Positions 56,280 through 64,000 of a stretch of DNA of 64,000 nucleotides are shown here, piece after piece (position 1 is the stretch's first letter; every line of letters begins with the position of its first letter). This stretch comes from a virus. The position numbers and the translations under genes are program-made. Under the pieces are notes generated by a model. That model did no database searches. It saw nothing but the letters and a program-made list of their open reading frames with translations, and had not been told where the DNA came from. The stretch lies in the IMG/VR virus record IMGVR_UViG_3300034102_003113. The stretch is one strand, 5' to 3'.

Positions 56280-56727
56280 AGTAGACCCCACCTTCGGTGA
56301 AATTCCATCTCCGTATGATAAGAAACAGCATCTTGAGGGGCAACAAGATAAGTCCCAGATGCTAGAAGATGAGATAGATCCGTCTGAAGAAGCGGATATG
56401 TCTGAAGATGAGTATGAATACTGGAGATCTATTGCCACTGGTCAACCAGAGACATCCAATGAAGCAAATCAGGCAAATTATGCCGATGATGGTAAAAAGT
56501 ATACTCACACCTACAAAGATCCTAAAACAGGTAATACTCGCAAGGTTCGTTATGGGGCCAAAGGTTACTCTATTGCCCCCGGCACCAAGAAAGGTGATGC
56601 CTACTGTGCCAGATCCTTGGGAGACATGAAGTCAGAAGGGATGGATTGTTCCGGCCCAGATCGAAATACTCCAATGTGCCTCTCACGTAAAAAGTGGAGA
56701 TGTAAAGGCGCTAAATCTTCTAGGTAG
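56245..56727 (+). CDS. Protein with N-terminal VPDGW, acidic leader and basic Cys-containing C-domain
   Basis: [13 protein letters not shown]; [23 protein letters not shown]...KKWRC. Confidence 0.7.
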   Translation: MSTKINVPDGWSVDPTFGEIPSPYDKKQHLEGQQDKSQMLEDEIDPSEEADMSEDEYEYWRSIATGQPETSNEANQANYADDGKKYTHTYKDPKTGNTRKVRYGAKGYSIAPGTKKGDAYCARSLGDMKSEGMDCSGPDRNTPMCLSRKKWRCKGAKSSR

Positions 56728-56780
56728 GGGATCCCGAACCAAATATATCACTTAGGGGGGTTTACAGATCCCCCTTCGTC

Positions 56781-56788
56781 GTTTAAAG
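56781..56788 (+). promoter_or_regulatory. Putative late promoter GTTTAAAG
   Basis: Exact motif ~31 nt upstream of lysis operon. Confidence 0.65.
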
Positions 56789-56819
56789 TAGGATAAGTCA
56801 ATTTATCATAGGAGTTTCT

Positions 56820-57233
56820 ATGACCACAGTATTCTTTTACGTTTTCGTATTCTCTTCCTGGGGCTTAGGACTTTTGTCTTGGATGGTTGCCTTAAGCGAT
56901 TTTATGACTCGCAGGGATCTGGAAAGCAAGGAAAAGTTTCTAGAGATAACCCAGAAAAAAGCACTCTTCAATCGCTTTAATGATATCAGTGGGATTCAGA
57001 TCCCCAGTCTAACTCAATCAGAAAAAACTAAGAAGGCCCCATGGGGCAGAGTTGGAGAAGCTGAAGAAAGCCCAGAACTTATCCCAGAAAAGATCAAAGA
57101 ACTAATGAAGTCATCTCCCAATCACCCTGAGGTGGAAGAGATCGATGGTACAGATCAGATTCTAGGCGTTAAGTTTGAAGCACGTGATTATCCCCCTGTG
57201 TTTGGCGATGGAGACGGAGAAGACGACGAATGA
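56820..57233 (+). CDS. Membrane protein, candidate holin/lysis accessory
   Basis: Single N-terminal hydrophobic segment; coupled to endolysin. Confidence 0.45.
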   Translation: MTTVFFYVFVFSSWGLGLLSWMVALSDFMTRRDLESKEKFLEITQKKALFNRFNDISGIQIPSLTQSEKTKKAPWGRVGEAEESPELIPEKIKELMKSSPNHPEVEEIDGTDQILGVKFEARDYPPVFGDGDGEDDE

Positions 57234-58504
57234 AAGCACCAATTTGTGGCATTGAGCTTATCAAAAGGTTTGAGGGTTGCCATCTTGAGGCGTATCCCGA
57301 TCCTCTCACAAAGGCAAAACCTTACACCATAGGCTGGGGATCTACGAAGAAAAAAGACGGGACTCCCTTCGCCCTCGGAGAAGTAATCACGCAGCAAGAA
57401 GCAGATGAACTCCTTCTTTATCAACTAGAGGCAGGATATCTGCCACCTCTTGCATCTATTCCATACTTCAATGAGATGTCTCCAGAACAAGTTGGAGCAT
57501 TATTGAGTTTTGCTTATAACCTAGGTGCAAGATTCTATGGTTCAGAAGGATTTGAAACAATATCCAGAAGACTTAGAAACCGCGAATGGGAACTTATCCC
57601 AGATGCATTGTTCCTCTATAGAAACCCAGGAACGGACGTAGAGGAAGGACTTAAGAGACGTAGAGTGGCCGAAGGGGCCCTCTGGTCTAAAGGTTTAAAA
57701 AAGGATAAAATGGAAAAACAACAAATAGTTGCTTTACAGGACACTATACTTAAAAAAGAACCTCTCCAATCCTACCAACTCGACTTCAACCTTAAAAGAG
57801 TGGTGCAGAAAGGAAAGGGTTACCAGGTAATTGACATTACCGATGAGGGTATACACTCTAAAGTGACCTTGGATTATGGTGCTGGAGTATGGTATATCTA
57901 TAATCCGCATTGGAAAGTACAAGGTGTCCATGATGTAGTATATAAGCAGGGAAGCCATCGCATCCTCCAGGTAAAATACTTCCCCCAGAGAGACAGTCGC
58001 ACTACTCATGCCCATCGCATGTGCTTCTCTAGCTCTTGCTCGATGATGGCCGACTTCCTTAACCCTAAGGCAATTGATGTTGCCGAACAGGAAGACGACT
58101 TCTACATGAAGAACTACGTGTTTAGGTACGGAGATACTACTAGTTCCGATGCTCAAATCAAAGCTCTCCGTGATGTTGGAATTAAGGCATCTTTCCGTCA
58201 GAACCTCTCACAGGTTGATATTGAAGCACAGATAGATAAAGGAATCCCTGTACCCGTAGGTATTCTCCATCATGGCCACGTTTCCGCCCCTAGAGGTGGT
58301 GGGCATTGGGTGTGTATTATTGGTTATGATAAGATAAACGCTCAATATATCGTCCATGACCCATATGGTGAGTTAGATCTTACAAATGGTGGGTATTATG
58401 GATCCACTAATGGTGCTTCTCAGAGATACTCCTATTCAAACTTTAATAAGCGCTGGATGGCAGAAGGAATGGGTAGTGGTTGGGGGATCATTGCTGAGAG
58501 GTGA
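57230..58504 (+). CDS. Endolysin: GH24 lysozyme + C39-like cysteine peptidase
   Basis: IKRFEG..AYPD..TIGWG, GLKRRRVAE; QRD..CFSSSC, GGGHW, HDPYG. Confidence 0.9.
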   Translation: MKAPICGIELIKRFEGCHLEAYPDPLTKAKPYTIGWGSTKKKDGTPFALGEVITQQEADELLLYQLEAGYLPPLASIPYFNEMSPEQVGALLSFAYNLGARFYGSEGFETISRRLRNREWELIPDALFLYRNPGTDVEEGLKRRRVAEGALWSKGLKKDKMEKQQIVALQDTILKKEPLQSYQLDFNLKRVVQKGKGYQVIDITDEGIHSKVTLDYGAGVWYIYNPHWKVQGVHDVVYKQGSHRILQVKYFPQRDSRTTHAHRMCFSSSCSMMADFLNPKAIDVAEQEDDFYMKNYVFRYGDTTSSDAQIKALRDVGIKASFRQNLSQVDIEAQIDKGIPVPVGILHHGHVSAPRGGGHWVCIIGYDKINAQYIVHDPYGELDLTNGGYYGSTNGASQRYSYSNFNKRWMAEGMGSGWGIIAER

Positions 58505-58656
58505 GTGAGGAGTTAAAAACATCACTTGATATGCTTTATAGGGCTCGGTGGAATGTCCCCCGGGCCGCTTCTCATTGCGGGATCCCGAACCAAGAGATGA
58601 TAGAGGCATTCAACAAATGGTTCCTAGAAGAGGAAAGGCCATATTACAAACTGTAA
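58501..58656 (+). CDS. Small conserved cyanophage-type protein (51 aa, not in ORF track)
   Basis: GTGA overlap; ML..ARWNVPRAASHCG...EM...F, HTH-like. Confidence 0.6.
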   Translation: MSEELKTSLDMLYRARWNVPRAASHCGIPNQEMIEAFNKWFLEEERPYYKL

Positions 58657-58660
58657 CAAG

Positions 58661-58683
58661 GGGAGGTCGAGAGGCCTCCCTTT
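58661..58683 (+). terminator. Hairpin terminator
   Basis: GGGAGGTC-GAGA-GGCCTCCC + TTT. Confidence 0.65.
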
Positions 58684-58717
58684 CGAGTATGATTAGGGGG
58701 TACTGATACAGGACCCC

Positions 58718-59713
58718 ATGGCAACCATCTCCGAGGTGCAGTCGGCACTCACAAAGATCATCGATAAATCAATCCCCCACTCCGTGTTTCTATGGGGTCC
58801 TCCTGGTGTAGGTAAATCCTCCATTGTTAAAAAGATCGCCCAAGACAATGACCTCGAGCTTATCGACCTTCGCATCTCGCAACTCGCCCCTACCGACATC
58901 CGCGGTCTCCCGTACGTCGAAGATGGGTTGGCTAAGTTCGCCCCTCCGTCGTTCCTTCCGCAGGAAGGCCGAGGTATTCTCTTTGTTGATGAGTTTAACA
59001 TGGCATCTCCCTCGATGATGGGAATTGCCCAGCAACTCATCCTTGACCGTCAGGTGGGGGATTATAAAGTCCCCGAAGGTTGGTTTATTATTGCTGCCGG
59101 TAATCGTGCCCAGGACCGTGCTGCGGTGTCTCAAATGCCCGCCCCGGTGGCCAATCGCTTCATCCACTTTGAGGTGGAATCGGATCTCTCCTCGTGGAAG
59201 GAGTACGCCATTACTAAGGGAATGAATGAGCAGATTCTCTCATTCCTTAACTTTCGCTCCCCGCTTCTCTTCGAGTTCAATAAGAACGCCACTGCATGGC
59301 CTTCGCCTCGGAGTTGGGAATTTGCTAACTCTTTACTCGATGTGGGTCTAGATATCTCCTCGGCAGTTGGCGAAGGAACTTCCGCAGAGTTCTATGCCTA
59401 CCAAACTATCTACTCCAAGCTCCCAGACATCCAGGCCATCCTATCTGGTGAAGATGTAGAGGTACCTAAGGAACCTTCTCTGATGTATGCTGTCTGTGGA
59501 GCTATTATCTCCCGAGCCAAATCCGCCCAAGACTTCTATAACGGGGTTAAGTGGCTCATCAAGGGAACTACTGAAGATTATGTCGGCCTCTTCATGGGAG
59601 ATGCTATGATCTCTCTCAAGGCAAATAACCTCCAGGGTACATTTGTGAAACTCATTGCCAAAGATCCCCAGGTCAAAGCCTTCATCACCAAATATCAGGA
59701 GCTCCTGCGATGA
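58718..59713 (+). CDS. MoxR-like AAA+ ATPase
   Basis: WGPPGVGKS, LFVDE, AAGNR, ANRF, PSPRSW. Confidence 0.9.
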   Translation: MATISEVQSALTKIIDKSIPHSVFLWGPPGVGKSSIVKKIAQDNDLELIDLRISQLAPTDIRGLPYVEDGLAKFAPPSFLPQEGRGILFVDEFNMASPSMMGIAQQLILDRQVGDYKVPEGWFIIAAGNRAQDRAAVSQMPAPVANRFIHFEVESDLSSWKEYAITKGMNEQILSFLNFRSPLLFEFNKNATAWPSPRSWEFANSLLDVGLDISSAVGEGTSAEFYAYQTIYSKLPDIQAILSGEDVEVPKEPSLMYAVCGAIISRAKSAQDFYNGVKWLIKGTTEDYVGLFMGDAMISLKANNLQGTFVKLIAKDPQVKAFITKYQELLR

Positions 59714-60876
59714 GCATTGAAGAGAACCTTGTTAGGTCAAGGGTGAAGCTTCTAAAACAATCACCCTTCTTCGGAACCTTACTGCTCAATACCAAGTACA
59801 AGATCACTGAGCATATCTCCACTGCCGCCACTGATGGTGATGTGCTGATGCTCAATGAGGAGTTCATGGAGTCACAGAGTCCTGAGCACTTCCGCTCTAT
59901 CCTCCTCCATGAGGTACTTCACATGGCACTGGAACATATCGAGAGAATGAAGGATGTATTTAAGATCGATCCTTTAACTGCTAACTTGGCCGCAGATATT
60001 GTTGTTAATGGTATCATCCAAGACAATAAACTCCCATTACCAGAGGAAGCTATCACCGATAATGATCTGAAGCATCTCAGTGTACGTGAGATCTATAGTA
60101 TCCTAAAGCAAAAGCAGAGAGAAGATCCAGATCATCTGAATAAGAAGTATGGTGATGGGGCAAGTGATATCAACCAATGCCTCCAACCAGGCGGAGATGG
60201 CAATAAACCCCCGTCTTCATCTCAGTCTCAACCAGGCGGAGATGGTAAAACGAACTGGAAGGACGTATTGAATAAGGCAATGACTATTGCCCGGAGTAAG
60301 AACGCTGGGCCTATTGGGGCAGGGATGAGTAGGATCTTCAAAGAATTCCTAGAACCCACAATCAACTGGAAGGATGTTCTATATAAATATATTACTGCTG
60401 CTCGCTCGGACTTCGAAGGTTTTGATCGTCGTATGATCCACCAAGGATTCTATCTCGATGACCTTGGCGGCGGAAAGATCAAAGTGGCTCTATTCATGGA
60501 TACTTCTGGGTCTGTTGACGAGGAACTTCTATCTGAGTTTTTTGCTGAGGTAAAGTTTGCCATCAATGCGTTTCCCAATACCGAAGGTGAGATGTGGTAC
60601 TTCGATACTGAACTCTACCCAGAGGGAGATATTCGTGATATTGATAAGCCTCAGATCAAAGGAGGTGGTGGAACATCATTCGCCCCAGTGATGAAGAAAC
60701 TCCAAGAGATCCATGAGGAGGATAGTTCTGCTCAAACATTAGGAATTATCTTCACCGATGGTTATGCACAAATGAATATCCCAGAACCTGACTGTGGAGT
60801 ATTGTGGTGTATTAGTCCTGGTGGAGTAGATGATAACTACTTTAGTTTTGGGGACGTAGTTAGGATCCTAAAGTGA
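59710..60876 (+). CDS. DUF2201-type metallopeptidase + VWA domain protein
   Basis: TAATDG, HEVLH, DTSGS (MIDAS), GGGGT, FTDG. Confidence 0.9.
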   Translation: MSIEENLVRSRVKLLKQSPFFGTLLLNTKYKITEHISTAATDGDVLMLNEEFMESQSPEHFRSILLHEVLHMALEHIERMKDVFKIDPLTANLAADIVVNGIIQDNKLPLPEEAITDNDLKHLSVREIYSILKQKQREDPDHLNKKYGDGASDINQCLQPGGDGNKPPSSSQSQPGGDGKTNWKDVLNKAMTIARSKNAGPIGAGMSRIFKEFLEPTINWKDVLYKYITAARSDFEGFDRRMIHQGFYLDDLGGGKIKVALFMDTSGSVDEELLSEFFAEVKFAINAFPNTEGEMWYFDTELYPEGDIRDIDKPQIKGGGGTSFAPVMKKLQEIHEEDSSAQTLGIIFTDGYAQMNIPEPDCGVLWCISPGGVDDNYFSFGDVVRILK

Positions 60877-60878
60877 TA

Positions 60879-60886
60879 GTTTAAAG
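60879..60886 (+). promoter_or_regulatory. Putative late promoter GTTTAAAG
   Basis: Exact motif ~19 nt upstream of ATG 60906. Confidence 0.65.
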
Positions 60887-60905
60887 TCTAATATACTAGA
60901 TTCTT

Positions 60906-61118
60906 ATGGCAGATCCTGGATTTGAAAATGGCTGGGAAGTACCCGGCCATGATTACCAAGCGCACAGTGGGGCCACTGCTTCTCGTGGTCCTACTCAGGT
61001 TATTTACAAGAAGGGAGGAGCAAGTGGTAAAACGGTTGCTACCGAAACCATCACCTATGACGTGAATAATAATATTGCTACCAGGTCAATCGCTTGGGAA
61101 CCTGACATTCTCATGTGA
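60906..61118 (+). CDS. Small putative virion protein
   Basis: YKKGGASGKTVAT.TITYD..NN module. Confidence 0.6.
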   Translation: MADPGFENGWEVPGHDYQAHSGATASRGPTQVIYKKGGASGKTVATETITYDVNNNIATRSIAWEPDILM

Positions 61119-61127
61119 GTATAAGTC

Positions 61128-62528
61128 ATGCCATTTTACAGTAATCCATTAGAAACCCATCCTGTTGATGAGGCTATCAGCGTAGCCAATAACCGGATGT
61201 TTTACGTACATCAGCTCGCTGATACACGTGGGATAATTATCGATCCGTATTCATTGTCGAGTTCGTCGTCTTCAGCCTCGGCAGGGTTTATGGACGCTTT
61301 CGGTCGGCAGAGAATCTCCCAGCCACATACCATTGGGGACTACAAGCACCTCTATGCACTGGATCCCAACTTTCTAGATAGCCTCAATGCCGGAGGCGCC
61401 GTGAACTTTAATCCCAACAAAGCCGCGGCTACCCTCTCCACATCCAGTGACCCGACATCCTACGCCATCCACCAAACAAGGTTATATCACCAGTACCAGC
61501 CAGGAAAATCCCAACTTATCCTATCCTCATTTGTCTTTGGCGCTGCCCAGACAAATGTAACCAAACGGACAGGATACTTTGACGATAGAAACGGAATCTA
61601 CTTCGAGCAGACTGGCAATGGCACACTTAACTGGGTGATTAGAAACTATGTCACCGGGTCTCCGGTAGAGACAGGCAGTCGTATCGCTCAGGCGAACTGG
61701 AATGTGGATCGGTGCGATGGCACTGGCCCTAGTGGTTTTAACCTAAACATCACAAAAACCCAACTCGTCTTCATCGACTTTCAATGGCTTGGAGTCGGTA
61801 GAGTTAGATGCGGATTTGTCCACAATGGAGCCATGATTATCGCCCATGAATACTTCCATTCTAATGAGAGAGATGCGGTGTACTTGTCATCTCCGAATCT
61901 ACCTGTGAGATGCGAGATTAGGAATACAGGCACGACGACCGGTGGATCTTTTGACCAGATCTGTTCCACTGTGCAGAGCGAAGGAGGTTACCAGGAGACG
62001 GGTATAGACTGGGAGAGAGCTAATACATCCATGAGGGCCACACCTACTCCGGGTGGATCGCCCCTACCTGTTCTGGCCATACGTCTCAGAAACACGTTTG
62101 GTGGTACACAGAACCGTATGAGCGCTATCCTCACCAATGTGGGGTTATACGTAGAAACCAAACCCGTCCGTTACGAGATTGTTAAGTTGCCTAGTTCTTC
62201 TAGTCTAACAACTACAGATGTCGGTGGGTTAGTCTGGACAAACGTCGATGACAATAGCAGTGGTATTCAGTACTGTGTTAATGCCACCGGGTACGTTACT
62301 ACTGGTTCTTCGGCGCTATTCGGTGGATTCTCTTCTGCTGGCACTTCTCAGAACTCTCGTAGCGAAGTAGGGGCCGGTGGTCTCACTGCCTCTAAGAAGA
62401 ACTTTATCTCGCAGAATTTCGACTCCTCAAACTCAGAGATCTACGCCGTAGTGGTACGCACGATCGGCACTGGGCCTAGTGACTCAGCGTCCGTAGCCTG
62501 CTCACTACAATGGAGAGAGGTCTATTAG
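61128..62528 (+). CDS. Putative virion structural protein (lectin-like beta sandwich)
   Basis: DAFGRQR.S, YQPGKS, IDFQWLGVGRVRCGF, NLPVR.EI, terminal WRE. Confidence 0.65.
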   Translation: MPFYSNPLETHPVDEAISVANNRMFYVHQLADTRGIIIDPYSLSSSSSSASAGFMDAFGRQRISQPHTIGDYKHLYALDPNFLDSLNAGGAVNFNPNKAAATLSTSSDPTSYAIHQTRLYHQYQPGKSQLILSSFVFGAAQTNVTKRTGYFDDRNGIYFEQTGNGTLNWVIRNYVTGSPVETGSRIAQANWNVDRCDGTGPSGFNLNITKTQLVFIDFQWLGVGRVRCGFVHNGAMIIAHEYFHSNERDAVYLSSPNLPVRCEIRNTGTTTGGSFDQICSTVQSEGGYQETGIDWERANTSMRATPTPGGSPLPVLAIRLRNTFGGTQNRMSAILTNVGLYVETKPVRYEIVKLPSSSSLTTTDVGGLVWTNVDDNSSGIQYCVNATGYVTTGSSALFGGFSSAGTSQNSRSEVGAGGLTASKKNFISQNFDSSNSEIYAVVVRTIGTGPSDSASVACSLQWREVY

Positions 62529-62555
62529 GCTTCTCCCTGTACACTACATCAAACT

Positions 62556-62592
62556 TATGATAGAATTGGAGGGACACTGATCCCTCTTTTTT
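62556..62592 (+). promoter_or_regulatory. Extended -10 promoter overlapping a terminator hairpin
   Basis: TATGATAGAAT 62556-66; GAGGGA/TCCCTC stem + T6. Confidence 0.6.
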
Positions 62593-63351
62593 ATGACAAA
62601 CCTGGTCAAGTTGATGTGGGTGACTCCCGAAGCCGAACACCTTATCACCGACATGGCGCGTGTGTCGGCACCAAAGAACCAGGGGAACTATGATACGGCC
62701 TCGCGACTTATCAAGTACCTCATCAAGCATCGCCACTGGAGTCCGTTTGAGATGGCCTCAATGTGCGTGGAGATCAACACTACTCGGGACATTGCCGCCC
62801 AGATCATCCGCCATCGCTCCTTCAGCTTCCAGGAGTTCTCCCAGCGATACGCCGATGTTAAAGATCTTGGCACTATCCCTATCCCCGAACTCCGTCGTCA
62901 AGATACCAAGAACCGCCAGAACTCTATCGCCGATCTTGACCCTGAACTGGTAAGAGCATTCGAGCAGCGTACTAAAATGCTCTTCGCGGAATCCCAAGAA
63001 CTCTACGATGACATGCTTGAGGCAGGAATCGCCAAGGAATCTGCCCGTAAAGTCCTGCCGATGAACTCTCCGAGCCGTATCTATATGACCGGAACCCTGC
63101 GTTCTTGGATGCACTACATCGATCTACGATGCTCCAATGGGACGCAGAAAGAGCATATGGATATTGCCAACGCCATTGCTGATATCTTTGGTGAGCAATT
63201 CCCCTCTATTCAACAGGCACTTTGGGAGATTCAGGGAGAACCTGAACCCCAACCCGAGTCTTACGTTATCTCACCACAGAAAAAAGCCCCCAAGGTATCT
63301 CGGAGGCAGATGGTTAAGATGTGGTTGATGGATAAGATCTTCGGTCTATGA
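62593..63351 (+). CDS. thyX: Flavin-dependent thymidylate synthase
   Basis: HWSPFE, RHRSFSFQEFSQRY, ESARKVLP, LRSWMHY..LR, QKEH. Confidence 0.97.
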   Translation: MTNLVKLMWVTPEAEHLITDMARVSAPKNQGNYDTASRLIKYLIKHRHWSPFEMASMCVEINTTRDIAAQIIRHRSFSFQEFSQRYADVKDLGTIPIPELRRQDTKNRQNSIADLDPELVRAFEQRTKMLFAESQELYDDMLEAGIAKESARKVLPMNSPSRIYMTGTLRSWMHYIDLRCSNGTQKEHMDIANAIADIFGEQFPSIQQALWEIQGEPEPQPESYVISPQKKAPKVSRRQMVKMWLMDKIFGL

Positions 63352-63355
63352 CCAA

Positions 63356-63808
63356 TCAACCGACATAAAGTTTCTTAAGAAGAAGCAGAGTTTCAGGGGC
63401 GTTGATGGACTTAGAGTCCACAGCGCTTCTGATTTTTTCTGCTACTTGACGTTCCTTATCCCCAATGATTCCCTTTTCGATCTTTTCAGATGCGATCTGA
63501 GGAATCCATTGACGTGAGATGAGTTTCACGATTTTGTTAATCTCTTCGACAGAAAGTTTACCATCATGACCAACTTCCACTGCGAGAGCGATAGCAGTAT
63601 CGATATCACTATCCTTCCAACCCTGTAGACTTCCGTCTAGGATAGGATCCACAATATTGTAGATTGTTTTTACTGAAGGTCCGAGCTTTGAAAGCAGGAA
63701 CTTTGCTGCGAGTTTATCCCACCCAGCGATAATAGCCCCAGCAGCAGCACCACTGGCCGCGCTAAGAATCGCCGGGAGGATTTGTGTTGAGAACCAAGCG
63801 GTGAGCAT
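63356..63808 (-). CDS. Hypothetical protein with N-terminal hydrophobic segment (holin-like?)
   Basis: Hydrophobic N-terminus; SD-like GGAGG; late motif variant GTTTAAGG at 63830-37. Confidence 0.55.
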   Translation of the reverse strand: MLTAWFSTQILPAILSAASGAAAGAIIAGWDKLAAKFLLSKLGPSVKTIYNIVDPILDGSLQGWKDSDIDTAIALAVEVGHDGKLSVEEINKIVKLISRQWIPQIASEKIEKGIIGDKERQVAEKIRSAVDSKSINAPETLLLLKKLYVG

Positions 63809-63986
63809 AATACAATACCTCCTGATTGTCCTTAAACGACGAATGTCCCCGCCTATCTGTCATGTGTGTATGGCGGGGAATTGTGACAATTATCCCTCGG
63901 ATAACACATTGGGGCATATAGGCCCAGCTTTTTAAATGCCGCGCCACTCAACCTAGGCTCGTTGTGCCCGCCCGCAGGCTACAAAA

Positions 63987-63997
63987 TATGATATAAT
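63987..63997 (+). promoter_or_regulatory. Extended -10 promoter (TATGATATAAT) for a gene beyond the window
   Basis: Perfect TGnTATAAT. Confidence 0.6.
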
Positions 63998-64000
63998 GCC

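Noticed and set aside
56728-58593. 15-bp direct repeat GGGATCCCGAACCAA flanking the lysis genes
   Set aside because: Second copy lies inside a small CDS, and one 15-mer pair in 64 kb is within chance; no recombinase nearby
59066-59085. VPEGW in the MoxR ATPase
   Set aside because: Falls in the family's conserved 'P.gw.iiaAgN' strand inside a folded domain, so not counted as a tag
1-64000. CRISPR array, tRNA/rRNA, IS, integrase, DGR, stop-codon recoding
   Set aside because: No regular repeat-spacer arrays, cloverleafs, transposase, integrase or RT seen; coding density is high with the standard code and all three stops used

Overview
This 64 kb window is a fragment of a lytic dsDNA myovirus genome, very probably a non-T4-type cyanophage. 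Evidence for the host is a cyanobacterial Mo-nitro_C-domain gene, PhoH, a group-3 sigma factor and several small ORFs typical of cyanophages. It is almost fully coding, with no rRNA, tRNA, CRISPR or IS seen. Contractile-tail genes are scattered on both strands: hub with M23 and lysozyme domains, spike, J/I/X-like wedges, gp25, tube initiator, tape measure and an S74-chaperoned fibre. Other genes encode the terminase large subunit, replication functions (SSB-like, 5'-3' exonuclease, SF3 helicase, primase), nucleotide metabolism (NrdAB, ThyX, a ThyA-fold enzyme, dNMP kinase, all-alpha dNTPase), an atypical C5-methyltransferase, four nucleases, a lysis module and a MoxR/VWA pair. Three things stand out. 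(1) Seven otherwise unrelated, mostly late-expressed proteins share a short (V/I/T/P)-P-(E/D)-G-W tag. They include two micro-ORFs missing from the ORF track, an HNH nuclease and a kinase + ADP-ribosyltransferase fusion, and look like a capsid-loading/effector-delivery system. (2) A probable cytosine-modification pathway: a ThyA-fold enzyme with the dCMP-specifying Asn->Asp change alongside ThyX, a dCTPase-like enzyme, a kinase, a C5-MTase with a remodelled SAM pocket and an adjacent nuclease. (3) Two promoter classes: GTTTAAAG before virion genes and an extended -10 TGATA(G/T/A)AAT before replication genes. The ORF track labels 38263..39477 as +, but it is on the minus strand. All calls come from motif recognition by eye; no searches were run.
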